Source: Escherichia coli
GTDB lineage: Bacteria; Pseudomonadota; Gammaproteobacteria; Enterobacterales; Enterobacteriaceae
Assembly (NCBI RefSeq): GCF_003334255.1
Contig: NZ_QOWU01000006.1
Strand: one strand, 5' to 3'
Length of the DNA: 64,000 nucleotides
The position numbers and the translations under genes are program-made. The notes below the pieces were generated by a model, which saw nothing but the letters and a program-made list of their open reading frames with translations, was not told where the DNA came from and made no database searches. Shown here piece after piece: positions 1 through 11,299 of the stretch; position 1 is the stretch's first letter, and each line of letters begins with the position of its first letter.

Positions 1-22
1 AGTTATCGTGAGAGTAATTCAT
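1..22 (-). CDS. ybiX: Probable 5' end of ybiX (PiuC-like Fe(II)/2-oxoglutarate hydroxylase), truncated by window start
   Basis: Only frame on the minus strand still open at the window start, downstream of the fiu stop; ATG at 22..20 (alternative GTG 28..26). Placement follows K-12 gene order (fiu-ybiX operon). Only 7 codons are visible, so identity cannot be verified here. Confidence 0.3.
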
Positions 23-98
23 CGGCACGTTAAATCATATCAGGCGTAATACCACAACCCTTAAGTTAGCGCTTATGGGCCTGCGCCCCACATCTGAA

Positions 99-2381
99 TC
101 AGAAATGCATATTGGCTGTGAGCAAGAAGGTTCTTGGCTCGCCCGGGTGATAACGGTAGCCGCTCTTGTTGATTGAGGCGACGTAATCGGTATCAAACAG
201 GTTGTAAACGTTTAGCTGGAAGTCGAGATTGCGATTAACTCGATACCCCAGTTTGGCATCGGCGACCCAGTAACCTTCGGTAAACGCTGGCGTTCCCACC
301 GCGCCGTCTGAACCTTTATGCATACTGCCGATATAGCGTGCGCCCGCGCCAACAGAGATATCGTCGGTTGCCTGATATTGGCTCCATAAGGTGAAGGCGT
401 GCTCCGGGGTATACGGCAGCGATGAGGAACCATCCTGGGCAACATCTTTGCCGTTTTTGATGGTTGCTTTTTGCTGGGTATAGCCGCCAATCACCTGCCA
501 CGCGGGAGTGATATTCCCGGCCACGGATATCTCATAGCCTTCGACGCGTTTCTTACCGTATTGCGAGTAAGTTCCGTCATCATTTTGCTCAACTTCATTT
601 TCGATATCAGTGCGGAACAGCGCGGCGGTGAGCAACAGACGTTTATCCAGAACCTGCCATTTGGTGCCAATCTCGCTGGTGTTGGCTTTTTGCGGTTTAA
701 AATCGGTGCGGTTGGCACTGTTACCGCTGCCAGACTGCGCAAGGGCGAAGTTGTTGCCGCCCGGAGGCTGCTGGGAAACGGCATAGTTAATATAGACATT
801 GCCGTTTTCCGTCAGGTGATACAGCGCCCCGGCTTTCCAGTTCATCAGATTGCCCGACTTGGCGGTGTCGACGGTGGTGACCGGAGAACCTTTTGCCACA
901 CCAGTTGGGCAGGTGATGGCACCGCGTCCGCTGCCGCCGCAGGCGGTGGCACTGTCATATTCAGTATGATAATTATCCAGACGGATCCCGCCGTTCAGCT
1001 CAAAATCACGGGTGATTTGCAGCGTATCAAAGGCGTAAATTGCGAAGGTATCCGTCTGACCATTGGCGTTTGCGCCGTTGCGCGTCAGGCCGCCGGGATG
1101 AATGCTGCTGTCAGGATGATAAATATTTACCGCGGGTAACGTCACCGGATTAACGCCGTAGTTAGTCTGCGTTTCACGGGTAAATTCCACGCCGGTACTG
1201 ACATCATGACCGATAGAACCGGTATAGAACGTCGAGGTCAGGTTGGTCTGGTTGGTGAGAATTTTATTACTCACATCTTTGGTATTCGCCGTGCGTGACC
1301 AGGTCCAGCTATTCACATCGCTGGTGGGCTGAGTAATATTCGACGCCCCGCCCATAATCGCCGTCATCAGGTAATCCTGCTTTACGCGCGACCAACGGGT
1401 AGTATTGCGAATGGTGGTGTTATCGTTGATGTCGTGCTCAAAACGCATGGTGGCGGTGTCGGTGGTCGAATCGTCGTAATCGGAATCCGTGCCGTAAAAG
1501 TTATGAGTATCAACTTTTCCGGAATGATTCAGGGCCGCCGTTCCCGCAGATGGGGCAGAATAGCCCGGCAAACCGATGGTCGGAATGCCGCCGTCTGGCG
1601 TGTTGTGCTGGGTGACATGCAGATAATTAAGATACAAACGATTCGCTGTACCAAGGCCAAAAGCGACAGAAGGGGCGACGCCGTAACGCTCATTTTTGAC
1701 TTTGTCGCGTCCGGCATCGTGCGTTTTTTCGCCCATTACATTCAGGCGCACCGCGGTGGTATCACCAATGACCTGATTGACGTCCAGCGTGCCGCGGCGG
1801 AACCAGGCGCTGCCAATACTGGCGGAGGCGTCAATGCCGGAATCATTGCGCGGCTGCTTGCTGATCATATTGATCGAGCCTGTCGGTGCGCTGCGCCCGT
1901 AGTCGGTGCCGGACGGCCCTTTAATCACTTCGACCTGCTCGGTATTGAAGGTGTCGCGCGAGACGCTGCCGATATCGCGAATGCCATCAATATAAATACT
2001 GTTAGAGGTATCGGCACCACGCATATAAATGGCGTCGCCAGTGGTGGAGTTACCGTTCTCACCCGCAAAAAACGCACCCACGCCGGGGACGTTTTTGAGC
2101 GCGTCGGTAAGGTTGGTTGCGCCCTGATCTTTAATCACTTGTTCAGAAATTACCGTCATCGTGCGGGTAGTATCCGCTACCGGACGCGAGAATTTCGGAT
2201 CGGCAGATTGTTGTGGCGCATAAAGCGAAGGCGTTGATGCTTCGACAACCAGCGTGTCATCCGCGTTAGTTTGCCCTTCGGCGGCGAGTGCCTGAGCCAC
2301 AGGCGTGATGCCAATACAAAGACCGGCAAAGAACGTGAGCGAATGAAATTGTCTGGCAGGGAAATTGTGATTGTTTTCCAT
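99..2381 (-). CDS. fiu: TonB-dependent outer-membrane catecholate siderophore receptor Fiu
   Basis: 760-aa ORF with signal peptide, TonB-box-like DTLVVEA near the N-terminus and C-terminal ...ANMHF ending in Phe, typical of OM beta-barrels; Fur box upstream. Confidence 0.93.
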   Translation of the reverse strand: MENNHNFPARQFHSLTFFAGLCIGITPVAQALAAEGQTNADDTLVVEASTPSLYAPQQSADPKFSRPVADTTRTMTVISEQVIKDQGATNLTDALKNVPGVGAFFAGENGNSTTGDAIYMRGADTSNSIYIDGIRDIGSVSRDTFNTEQVEVIKGPSGTDYGRSAPTGSINMISKQPRNDSGIDASASIGSAWFRRGTLDVNQVIGDTTAVRLNVMGEKTHDAGRDKVKNERYGVAPSVAFGLGTANRLYLNYLHVTQHNTPDGGIPTIGLPGYSAPSAGTAALNHSGKVDTHNFYGTDSDYDDSTTDTATMRFEHDINDNTTIRNTTRWSRVKQDYLMTAIMGGASNITQPTSDVNSWTWSRTANTKDVSNKILTNQTNLTSTFYTGSIGHDVSTGVEFTRETQTNYGVNPVTLPAVNIYHPDSSIHPGGLTRNGANANGQTDTFAIYAFDTLQITRDFELNGGIRLDNYHTEYDSATACGGSGRGAITCPTGVAKGSPVTTVDTAKSGNLMNWKAGALYHLTENGNVYINYAVSQQPPGGNNFALAQSGSGNSANRTDFKPQKANTSEIGTKWQVLDKRLLLTAALFRTDIENEVEQNDDGTYSQYGKKRVEGYEISVAGNITPAWQVIGGYTQQKATIKNGKDVAQDGSSSLPYTPEHAFTLWSQYQATDDISVGAGARYIGSMHKGSDGAVGTPAFTEGYWVADAKLGYRVNRNLDFQLNVYNLFDTDYVASINKSGYRYHPGEPRTFLLTANMHF

Positions 2382-2645
2382 TTTGCAGGTGACTTTTTCT
2401 TATATGTTGAAATTTTCACTGCCACGAGAAAGCCTCTCTGCGGATGCGATGCCACTGTTAATCCCGTGATAGTGCTCGTGAAAGTGATAATAATTTTGAT
2501 AAGCATTATCACTTGGAGCGATTTTCTATCACCCATTGCGCGAAAAAGAAATACATTTATTTACATTGAGTTCATATTTGATGTTTTTTGATTACAAAAC
2601 AGACGAAAACTGCATCCAGAGGCGAATGCAGTTACGTTGGTGGGG

Positions 2646-2906
2646 TTATTTGTAGATGGTTGCAGTACCGAACATCTGGTCATTTCCGCCTGCGGAATTA
2701 ATGACATAACCTTTCGCGCCTTGTTCGCGCGCTTTTTCTGCCAGTTTATCCTCCAGATCGCTTAGGTTTGATGCGCCAGTTGCCGAAACGGTACCGGCGG
2801 GCCGTAGCTGACCGCTGTCCAGGTTACTCATCGGTTGCGCGGCATAAGCCGTGAGAGAGATTCCGCTTAGGACGGTGGCAATCAGTAGTGTGAGGCACTT
2901 TTTCAT
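2646..2906 (-). CDS. mcbA: Small periplasmic protein McbA (YdgH/DUF1471-like; colanic acid/biofilm associated)
   Basis: 86-aa product MKKCLTLLIATVLSGISLTAYA... with signal peptide. The track ORF (134 aa) extends upstream; I chose the internal ATG at 2906..2904 that directly precedes the signal peptide. Confidence 0.8.
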   Translation of the reverse strand: MKKCLTLLIATVLSGISLTAYAAQPMSNLDSGQLRPAGTVSATGASNLSDLEDKLAEKAREQGAKGYVINSAGGNDQMFGTATIYK

Positions 2907-3181
2907 AATGACATCCTCATAAATACAACGGGTAGTGCCTGATAAGTGTAGGTCGCCTGCGCGATGCAAATGACGCAAAAAATTGACAGAGATGTGCTTA
3001 TTTTTTGAACGATATATTTTTACAAAATAAGACAAATCAATGACATGCATAATGCTGATTTTTATGATGAATTGCCATAAACCATAGCCATGTTAAGGTT
3101 TTGGGGAATGATAAACGCAGCCAGATATTTACCCTGTCGCGTTATGCGGGTATCTTACGCCGCTGCTTAAAGGAGAATGCT

Positions 3182-4108
3182 ATGTCCGCCCAGAAACCGG
3201 GGTTGCATCCGCGCAACCGTCATCACAGCCGCTACGATCTCGCCACGCTTTGTCAGGTCAATCCTGAACTCAGGCAATTCCTCACGCTTACACCCGCCGG
3301 GGAGCAAAGCGTAGACTTTGCCAATCCGCTGGCGGTGAAGGCGCTCAATAAGGCGTTGCTGGCCCATTTTTACGCCGTAGCGAACTGGGATATCCCCGAC
3401 GGTTTTCTCTGCCCACCAGTACCGGGCCGGGCGGATTATATTCATCACCTTGCCGATTTACTGGCAGAAGCAAGCGGAACAATTCCAGCGAATGCCAGCA
3501 TTCTGGATATCGGCGTTGGTGCGAACTGTATTTATCCGCTGATTGGCGTACATGAATATGGCTGGCGTTTTACCGGTAGTGAAACCAGCAGCCAGGCGTT
3601 AAGCAGTGCGCAGGCGATTATCAGTTCTAATCCGGGGCTTAACCGCGCCATTCGTCTGCGTCGGCAAAAAGAGAGTGGGGCGATTTTTAACGGCATCATC
3701 CATAAAAACGAGCAATACGACGCGACCTTGTGTAACCCGCCATTCCACGATTCCGCCGCTGCGGCACGGGCAGGTAGTGAGCGTAAACGCCGTAACCTGG
3801 GGCTGAACAAAGACGATGCACTGAACTTTGGCGGCCAGCAACAGGAGTTGTGGTGTGAAGGCGGTGAAGTCACCTTTATCAAAAAGATGATTGAAGAGAG
3901 CAAAGGCTTCGCGAAGCAGGTGATGTGGTTTACATCACTGGTATCTCGTGGTGAAAACTTACCGCCGTTGTATCGTGCCCTGACGGACGTGGGCGCGGTG
4001 AAGGTGGTTAAAAAAGAGATGGCCCAGGGGCAAAAGCAGAGTCGCTTTATTGCCTGGACCTTTATGAACGACGAGCAGCGCCGCCGTTTTGTCAATCGCC
4101 AGCGTTAA
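3182..4108 (+). CDS. rlmF: 23S rRNA m6A1618 methyltransferase RlmF
   Basis: 308-aa product starting [20 protein letters not shown]; AAGGAG RBS 7 nt upstream of ATG 3182; SAM-MTase motifs ([15 protein letters not shown]). Track ORF start at 3101 is an upstream extension. Confidence 0.9.
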
Positions 4109-6330
4109 AGCGTTGGTTCCCCCGGCGGTAACGGTTCAGCCGGGGTCGCGCCCGGAGCAGGCAGCACCTGATAAGTCTGCACTGGCGCGCGAACGCCCGC
4201 CAGGTCGAAATGTTTTTTCACCTGGCTGTCGAGGGCAAAGCGTACCGTCCACTGTTTGAGTGGCAGCGTGGTGAACGAAACACGCAGTGTAAACGCGGTA
4301 TTGCTTAAGCCGACAATCCCGGCAAAATTCGGTTCACCAATAATCAGCCCGCGAATTTCTTCGTTTTCCATTAATTCCGCTACCGCATCTTTCAGTGCCT
4401 GATTGGCTTTATCAGCATCTTCATGGCGATCAACATCATAATTTGCCACCACCGAACCAATGCCGCGGACAAAGTTAGCAAAGGTGGTTATCGAAGACCA
4501 CGGAATGATGTGATACGCCCCGGTATCCTGTCGTACGCCCACGGAGCGAATCGACATCCGTTCCACTGTGCCGGTCAACGGCCCGATAGTCACCAAATCT
4601 CCAGTGTTCATGCCGTTTTCAAACTGAATAAATACCCCGGTGATAATATCTTTCACCAGCGTTTGCGAACCAAACGAGATAGCCAGACCTAATGCCCCGG
4701 CACCTGCCAGCAATGGCGCGATATTGACGCCGATTTCCGACAACACAATCATGATGGTGATGGTACTGATAATCACCGCCAGCGCGTTACGAAACAGCGT
4801 AAGCAGGGTACGCGTGCGGGCGCTGGGTAGCGGGCGGCCATGAATATCCGAAGCCAGCCGGTTTTCGATCAAACTGGCGAGCACCGTCCAGCCAACCGCC
4901 GAGAAGAAAAGAATGAGTGCGATACGGATCAGGATATCTACGGTTTTCTGCCCCGCGCCGTTTTGCAGCCAGTTCCAGAAATCGAACAATCCCCATGCGC
5001 TCAACAGCAACATTACCGCCACGCAGACTGTCAGAATACGCGCCGTTTTCAGCGCCGCCGACAGCCAGCCATTCAACCGTTTTTGCAGCTCCGGATAGTT
5101 ACGCTGAGTATGTGGCGAGAGAGTGATGGTTTTCGCCAGCCAGCGGGAAAACATACCGGAAACAAACGCTGCGATACCAATAATCGCCAGGCTGCGCACC
5201 GTTGCACCCATCATAAATTTCAGGCTGTTGCCCGGATCGAACAACGAAAAGAAAAACAGCACGATAAAATAGGCGCTTGCCAGCCAGTGCCACACCAGCG
5301 CAAAGGCGCGGATAAACAGGCTGAAAAAGGCCAGCGAATGCTCCGCGAAGTTGAGCAAATGCTGGGTAATCTCTTTTTTATTACGAAAGATCAGGTACAA
5401 CGCCCAGACGGTCATGCACAGCATAATGATGACGTTCGCCAGCGCACCTATCTGTACATTCACCTGATTAGAGATAATCGGCACGGCCACAATCAGGCCA
5501 TAACCTATCAAACTGCTTAACCAGCTCAGGCGACGACTCCAGTAACGGGCGCTCTCGTCCTGAATCGTGAACGGGCGCAGCTCCGCCACGTTTGGGCAAA
5601 AAATCAGGCGTAGTACGGCTTTGAAAAATTCAATGAGGGCAAAGGCGTTGAGAAACAAACTTTGTTGGAAAGCGATGGTGCGACTGCCTGCATTCAGGTT
5701 GTCGCTTAATACCTGGCCGACAAATAATGTCAGGGCCAGTAACAGCAGGTCGATAATAAACGCCCCGATAATCATCGCCGGAAGCTGCAACCAGTTGCTG
5801 CGCTCACGATTTTTTTGCCGCGCCCACTGACCCATTTTGCGATACAGCGGCAGTGCGCACAGGCGAATCAGCCAGTAAAAACCAAACACTAATACCGCTA
5901 ACATTGAAAAATGGGTCAGCGCATTGCTGAAGGTTTGTGGATTAAACGGCTTATGCGGGGAGCCGGTGATATTGCGATAAAGTTGCCCGAAGCGGGCGGA
6001 AAGGGCTTCACCATAATGGCGGCTGACTTCGGTGACCTTTTGCAGCACGGTTTGCTCTTCGACCAGCGTCGGCGGCACTATTTTTGGTACCGGTTCAGCA
6101 GGGGGCGTAGCGGCAACGGTGCGCAACTGGTCGATCAACTCTTTACGCGAGGTGTCATTATCCAGCACATCCGCCAGTGCGCCATAGGCCGCTTTTTTTT
6201 GTTCGATATCCGGTTCCGGGGCCGGTTCAGTCGTTGAGTCCGTTGTCGTTGTGGTTGTAACGCCGGGTATGGATACCGCGTGGGCAGGTGCGCCCAGCAG
6301 GCAGAAGAGGATGAACAGGATCCACCGCAT
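4105..6330 (-). CDS. ybiO: MscS-family mechanosensitive channel YbiO
   Basis: 741-aa product starting [18 protein letters not shown] (signal peptide), multiple TM helices and C-terminal MscS-like domain; ATG at 6330..6328. Its 3' end overlaps the rlmF stop by 4 nt (convergent). Confidence 0.88.
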
Positions 6331-6480
6331 GACTCCTCCAGTGAGAAAATAGAGCAAAAAGATAAGTATAGATGCTGGAGGAGGGGCGATTTTAAATGAG
6401 AGGAATCTGGTGTGCCTCCCTTTCGGGTGAAAGGGAGGAAGGGATATTAAGCAGGTTGCTGACAACGTGCGGGCTTTTTT

Positions 6481-6585
6481 GCCGGATGCGGCGTGAACGC
6501 CTTATCCGTCCTACAAGTTCATGCAATTTTAATAAGTTGCCAGATATCCTGTAGGCCTGATAAGCGTAGCGCATCAGGCAATGTG
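6481..6585. repeat. REP/BIME cluster 3' of glnQ
   Basis: GCCGGATGCGGCGTGAACGCCTTATCCGTCCTAC ... TGTAGGCCTGATAAGCGTAGCGCATCAGGCA; canonical REP palindromic units. Confidence 0.9.
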
Positions 6586-6590
6586 TCTTA

Positions 6591-7313
6591 TTAAGAGACG
6601 TGCTGCAAAAATTCCTGCAAGCGCTGGCTCGGCGGGTTCTTGATCAACACCTGCGGATTGCCATCTTCCGCAATCCGGCCTTTGTCGATAAAGATCAGCC
6701 GCGAAGCTACTTTCTCGGCAAAACCGATTTCGTGGGTCACGATCACCATCGTCATCCCTTCTTCAGCCAGATCCTGCATAACCTTCAGCACTTCATGGCG
6801 CAGTTCCGGGTCAAGAGCGGAAGTCGGTTCATCAAACAGCATCATTTTCGGCTTCACCGCCAGCGCGCGGGCAATCGCCACACGCTGCTGTTGACCACCA
6901 GAAAGTTCGGAAGGGTAGTGATGTGCACGTTCTGCCAGACCGACTTTCGCCAGCAGCTCACGTGCCAGTTTTTCCGCCTCTTCTTTGTTCGCGCCACGCA
7001 CGCGTAGCGGGCCAAACATGACGTTTTCCAGCGCTGTCAGATGCGGGAAGAGGTAAAACTGCTGGAACACCATACCTGCTTCCTGGCGAATCAGGCGCTC
7101 GTCAACTTTCGGATCGTTAACCTTCAGGCCATCGACAATCAGATCGCCGGAGGTGATTTCTTCCAGTTTGTTGATGCAGCGCAGCAGGGTCGATTTACCG
7201 GAACCGGACGGCCCGATAATCACCACGACTTCGCCCTGGGCAATGTTCAAATCGATATTGTGCAGCACCTGGGTTGGGCCAAAGTGCTTGGAGACGTTTT
7301 TAAATTCAATCAC
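6591..7313 (-). CDS. glnQ: Glutamine ABC transporter ATP-binding protein GlnQ
   Basis: 240 aa; Walker [13 protein letters not shown] signature LSGGQQQRV, Walker [13 protein letters not shown]. Confidence 0.95.
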
Positions 7314-7969
7314 AGGATTTTCATCCTTCTTTCCAGACGACGCAGAATAAAGCTCAGCACCAGGGTAATAATCAGATAGAACACCGCCACGGCGCTCCAG
7401 ATCTCAAGGGCGCGGAAGTTACCGGCAATAATTTCTTGCCCCTGACGGGTCAGTTCCGCCACGCCGATCACAATAAACAGCGAGGTGTCTTTAATGCTGA
7501 TGATCCACTGGTTACCCAGCGGCGGCAGCATACGACGCAGTGCCAGCGGTAAAATGACGTAGCGAATGGTTTCCCAACGTGAAAGACCGAGCGCCAGTCC
7601 TGCTTCACGAAAACCTTTGTGGATAGACAGCACCGCACCACGCGTGATTTCCGCAATATACGCGCCGGAGTTGATCATGATGGTGACCACCGCCGCAGTA
7701 AATGGGTCGATGCGTAAGTCGTTAAACGCCATCGGCAGGGCGAAATAAATAAACATCACCTGGACGACGATAGGTGTGCCGCGGATCACTTCAATAAAGA
7801 CCAGCGCGACGTGGTTGGCTATCCAACCTCCGAAGGTGCGTGCAAAACCTGCCAGCAATCCGATTACCAGACCGCCTGCCAGACCGAGGACCGAAATCCA
7901 CAGGGTCATTTTGGCACCTTCAATCAGAAGCGGAATGGCAGGCCAGATGGCACTCCAGTCAAACTGCAT
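7310..7969 (-). CDS. glnP: Glutamine ABC transporter permease GlnP
   Basis: 219-aa polytopic membrane protein with binding-protein-dependent permease signature; stop overlaps glnQ start (translational coupling). Confidence 0.95.
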
Positions 7970-8053
7970 ATGTTGTTCCTGTTACCGTGGTGTAAATAAT
8001 CAAATTCAGGGTAATTAATGGCCCCGGAGCGGGTTTGCGCCCCTCACCCTAAT

Positions 8054-8074
8054 CCTCTCCCCATAGGGGAGAGG
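8054..8074 (-). other. GC-rich intercistronic palindrome between glnH and glnP (CCTCTCCCCATAGGGGAGAGG)
   Basis: Near-perfect inverted repeat inside the 138-bp glnH-glnP spacer; could form a stable stem-loop in the glnHPQ transcript (partial terminator or mRNA stabiliser). Confidence 0.5.
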
Positions 8075-8107
8075 GAACTGCCAGTGCGTTTTACAGGTGT
8101 AGCGTTA

Positions 8108-8869
<762 letters not shown>

Positions 8870-8904
8870 CTATCCACGGGACGATCCCCTGCGTGACATT
8901 CACA

Positions 8905-8924
8905 TATATGAAAAAATCGTGCCA
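8905..8924 (-). promoter_or_regulatory. Sigma-54 promoter glnHp2 (-24 TGGCAC / -12 TTTCA)
   Basis: Minus strand reads CTGGCACGATTTTTTCATAT about 45-65 nt upstream of the glnH ATG; -24 GG element is perfect, -12 deviates from TTGCA. Confidence 0.6.
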
Positions 8925-8997
8925 GTTTTGCAACTCCTTGATTTTTCGAGATGCGGCAAAAACGTGATGCACGATTTATAGGGCAATACCCTGAAGA

Positions 8998-9027
8998 TGC
9001 ACCATTCTGGGGCACCAATCTGGTGCG
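8998..9027. promoter_or_regulatory. Tandem NtrC (NRI) binding sites upstream of glnHp2
   Basis: TGCACCATTCTGGGGCACCAATCTGGTGCGC contains GCACCA-N3-TGGTGC (9012-9026), a good match to the NtrC palindrome, overlapped by a second half-matching copy; about 90 bp upstream of the sigma-54 -24 element. Confidence 0.6.
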
Positions 9028-9257
9028 CTAAAATTGTGCACTCAACACAGTGATTATTTAGCGTAAAACCTGATGAAAAAACAATCTTTATGTAACGATT
9101 GTGTGATGATGTGGATACAAAAAATTTACTTAATCAGCTGGAGATAGCAGATGGATGCACTAAATAAGTGCGTTGAGGTGGGCTGCAAAACAAAACGGCC
9201 TCCTGTCAGGAAGCCGCTTTTATCGGGTACTAAAGTTCTGCACCATCAGCGATGGAT

Positions 9258-9905
<648 letters not shown>

Positions 9906-10021
9906 TTAGATATATTGATAAGAACAATTCTTATTTATCTGCTCGCCAGGAATTTTCGGAATAAATATGCTTTTGCATAATTCGATATATAAAGACGGTG
10001 TAGAGGAAAAGTAGCGAGAAA

Positions 10022-10051
10022 TTCTGCATGGTTATGCATAACCATGCAGAA
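10022..10051 (-). terminator. Perfect 30-bp palindrome immediately 3' of rhtA (probable rhtA terminator/insulator)
   Basis: TTCTGCATGGTTATGCATAACCATGCAGAA is its own reverse complement (15+15, no spacer), 8 nt past the rhtA stop; a moderately U-rich stretch follows on the minus strand. Confidence 0.55.
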
Positions 10052-10059
10052 ATGTAAAT

Positions 10060-10947
10060 TTAATTAATGTCTAATTCTTTTATTTTGCTCTCTTTGCGTA
10101 CTGTCAGCGTAGACCCCATTGAAGCGGCGATGATAGCGCCGAGCGCCAGTAGCTGTATGGGTGTCAGTGTTTCTCCGAGGAAAATCATCCCGGAAACGGC
10201 AGCCAGCGCCGGTTCCATGCTCATCAGCGTACCAAATGTCCGTGTTGGCAAACGGGTGAGGGCAATTATTTCCAGCGAATAAGGCAGAGCGGTCGAGAGA
10301 ATAGCGACAGCCAGACCCAATGGAATAACCGACCAGTGCCAGAGTGCTTCACCAGCCTGAAGCGCTCCAATTGGCACGAAAATTAACGCTGCAATCAACG
10401 AACCAATTGCCACCGTCGCAGGGCCATGTTCCGCTCCTGCGCGTTGCCCACTTAAAATGTAAATAGCCCAACAAGCCCCGGCCCCCAGTGCCAGCGCACA
10501 GCCGGTTAAATCGACATGGGAAACGTCTTGCCCCAGCGGTAGCAGGAACCACAGACCAAGAACCGCCAGCACAACCCAGACGAAATCTACCGGGCGACGA
10601 GAAGAGAACAGCGCCACCGCCAGTGGTCCGGTGAACTCCAGCGCCACCGCAATACCCAGCGGTACTGTCTGAATAGAAAGATAAAAAAGATAATTCATCC
10701 CACCCAGCGAAACGCCGTAAAACAACAGCGGTAACCGTTGCTCTTTGGCAAAGCGCAGTCGCCATGGCTTAAAGAACGCGATGAGGATCAGCGTTCCTAA
10801 TGCCAGACGCAGCGCAGTGACACCCGGTGCGCCCACCAGAGGAAAAAGTGACTTAGCTAACGAGGCTCCACCCTGAATAGACGCCATGGCAACGAGCAAT
10901 ATGACTATTGGTAACCAGACCGGCATTTTACGTAATGAACCAGGCAT
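10060..10947 (-). CDS. rhtA: Threonine/homoserine exporter RhtA (DMT/EamA family)
   Basis: 295-aa ten-TM protein starting MPGSLRKMPVWLPIVILLV; ATG at 10947. Track ORF begins 4 codons upstream. Confidence 0.88.
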   Translation of the reverse strand: MPGSLRKMPVWLPIVILLVAMASIQGGASLAKSLFPLVGAPGVTALRLALGTLILIAFFKPWRLRFAKEQRLPLLFYGVSLGGMNYLFYLSIQTVPLGIAVALEFTGPLAVALFSSRRPVDFVWVVLAVLGLWFLLPLGQDVSHVDLTGCALALGAGACWAIYILSGQRAGAEHGPATVAIGSLIAALIFVPIGALQAGEALWHWSVIPLGLAVAILSTALPYSLEIIALTRLPTRTFGTLMSMEPALAAVSGMIFLGETLTPIQLLALGAIIAASMGSTLTVRKESKIKELDIN

Positions 10948-11299
10948 CCTTTCTCCCACAAATATCTAGACTTAAGTAAAGCGTGGAGTGTACTGGATAT
11001 ACCCAATGCTGGTTGAGCATTTGTTGAAAAAATTTTCCCCCGTTTTGACTAAAATGCGCCAGGATTGATGGAATCATTAGTCTGGTGATTAGGAATAATC
11101 TGGATGAATGACAGGGAAAACATGCGTAATACTTACGCAGTTCTCTGAAAAAGTGATTTAAATTTAGATGGATAGCGGTGTATGGAAACGTTCTGTTACA
11201 TGAAATGGCCCGTTAGACATCACAAATCGCGAAGAGTTTCCCATTAATTTTTGATATATTTAAAACTTAGGACTTATTTGAATCACATTTGAGGTGGTT

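Noticed and set aside
471-2237. Long plus-strand ORFs (471-1139, 1434-2237) inside fiu
   Set aside because: Antisense shadow ORFs of a well-supported TonB-dependent receptor gene; Gly/Arg-rich, low-complexity translations with no RBS or recognisable domains. The same reasoning applies to other antisense ORFs in the track, for example 4840-5520, 8018-8518, 16963-17610, 21028-21909, 22957-23556, 49999-50385 and 56449-56937.
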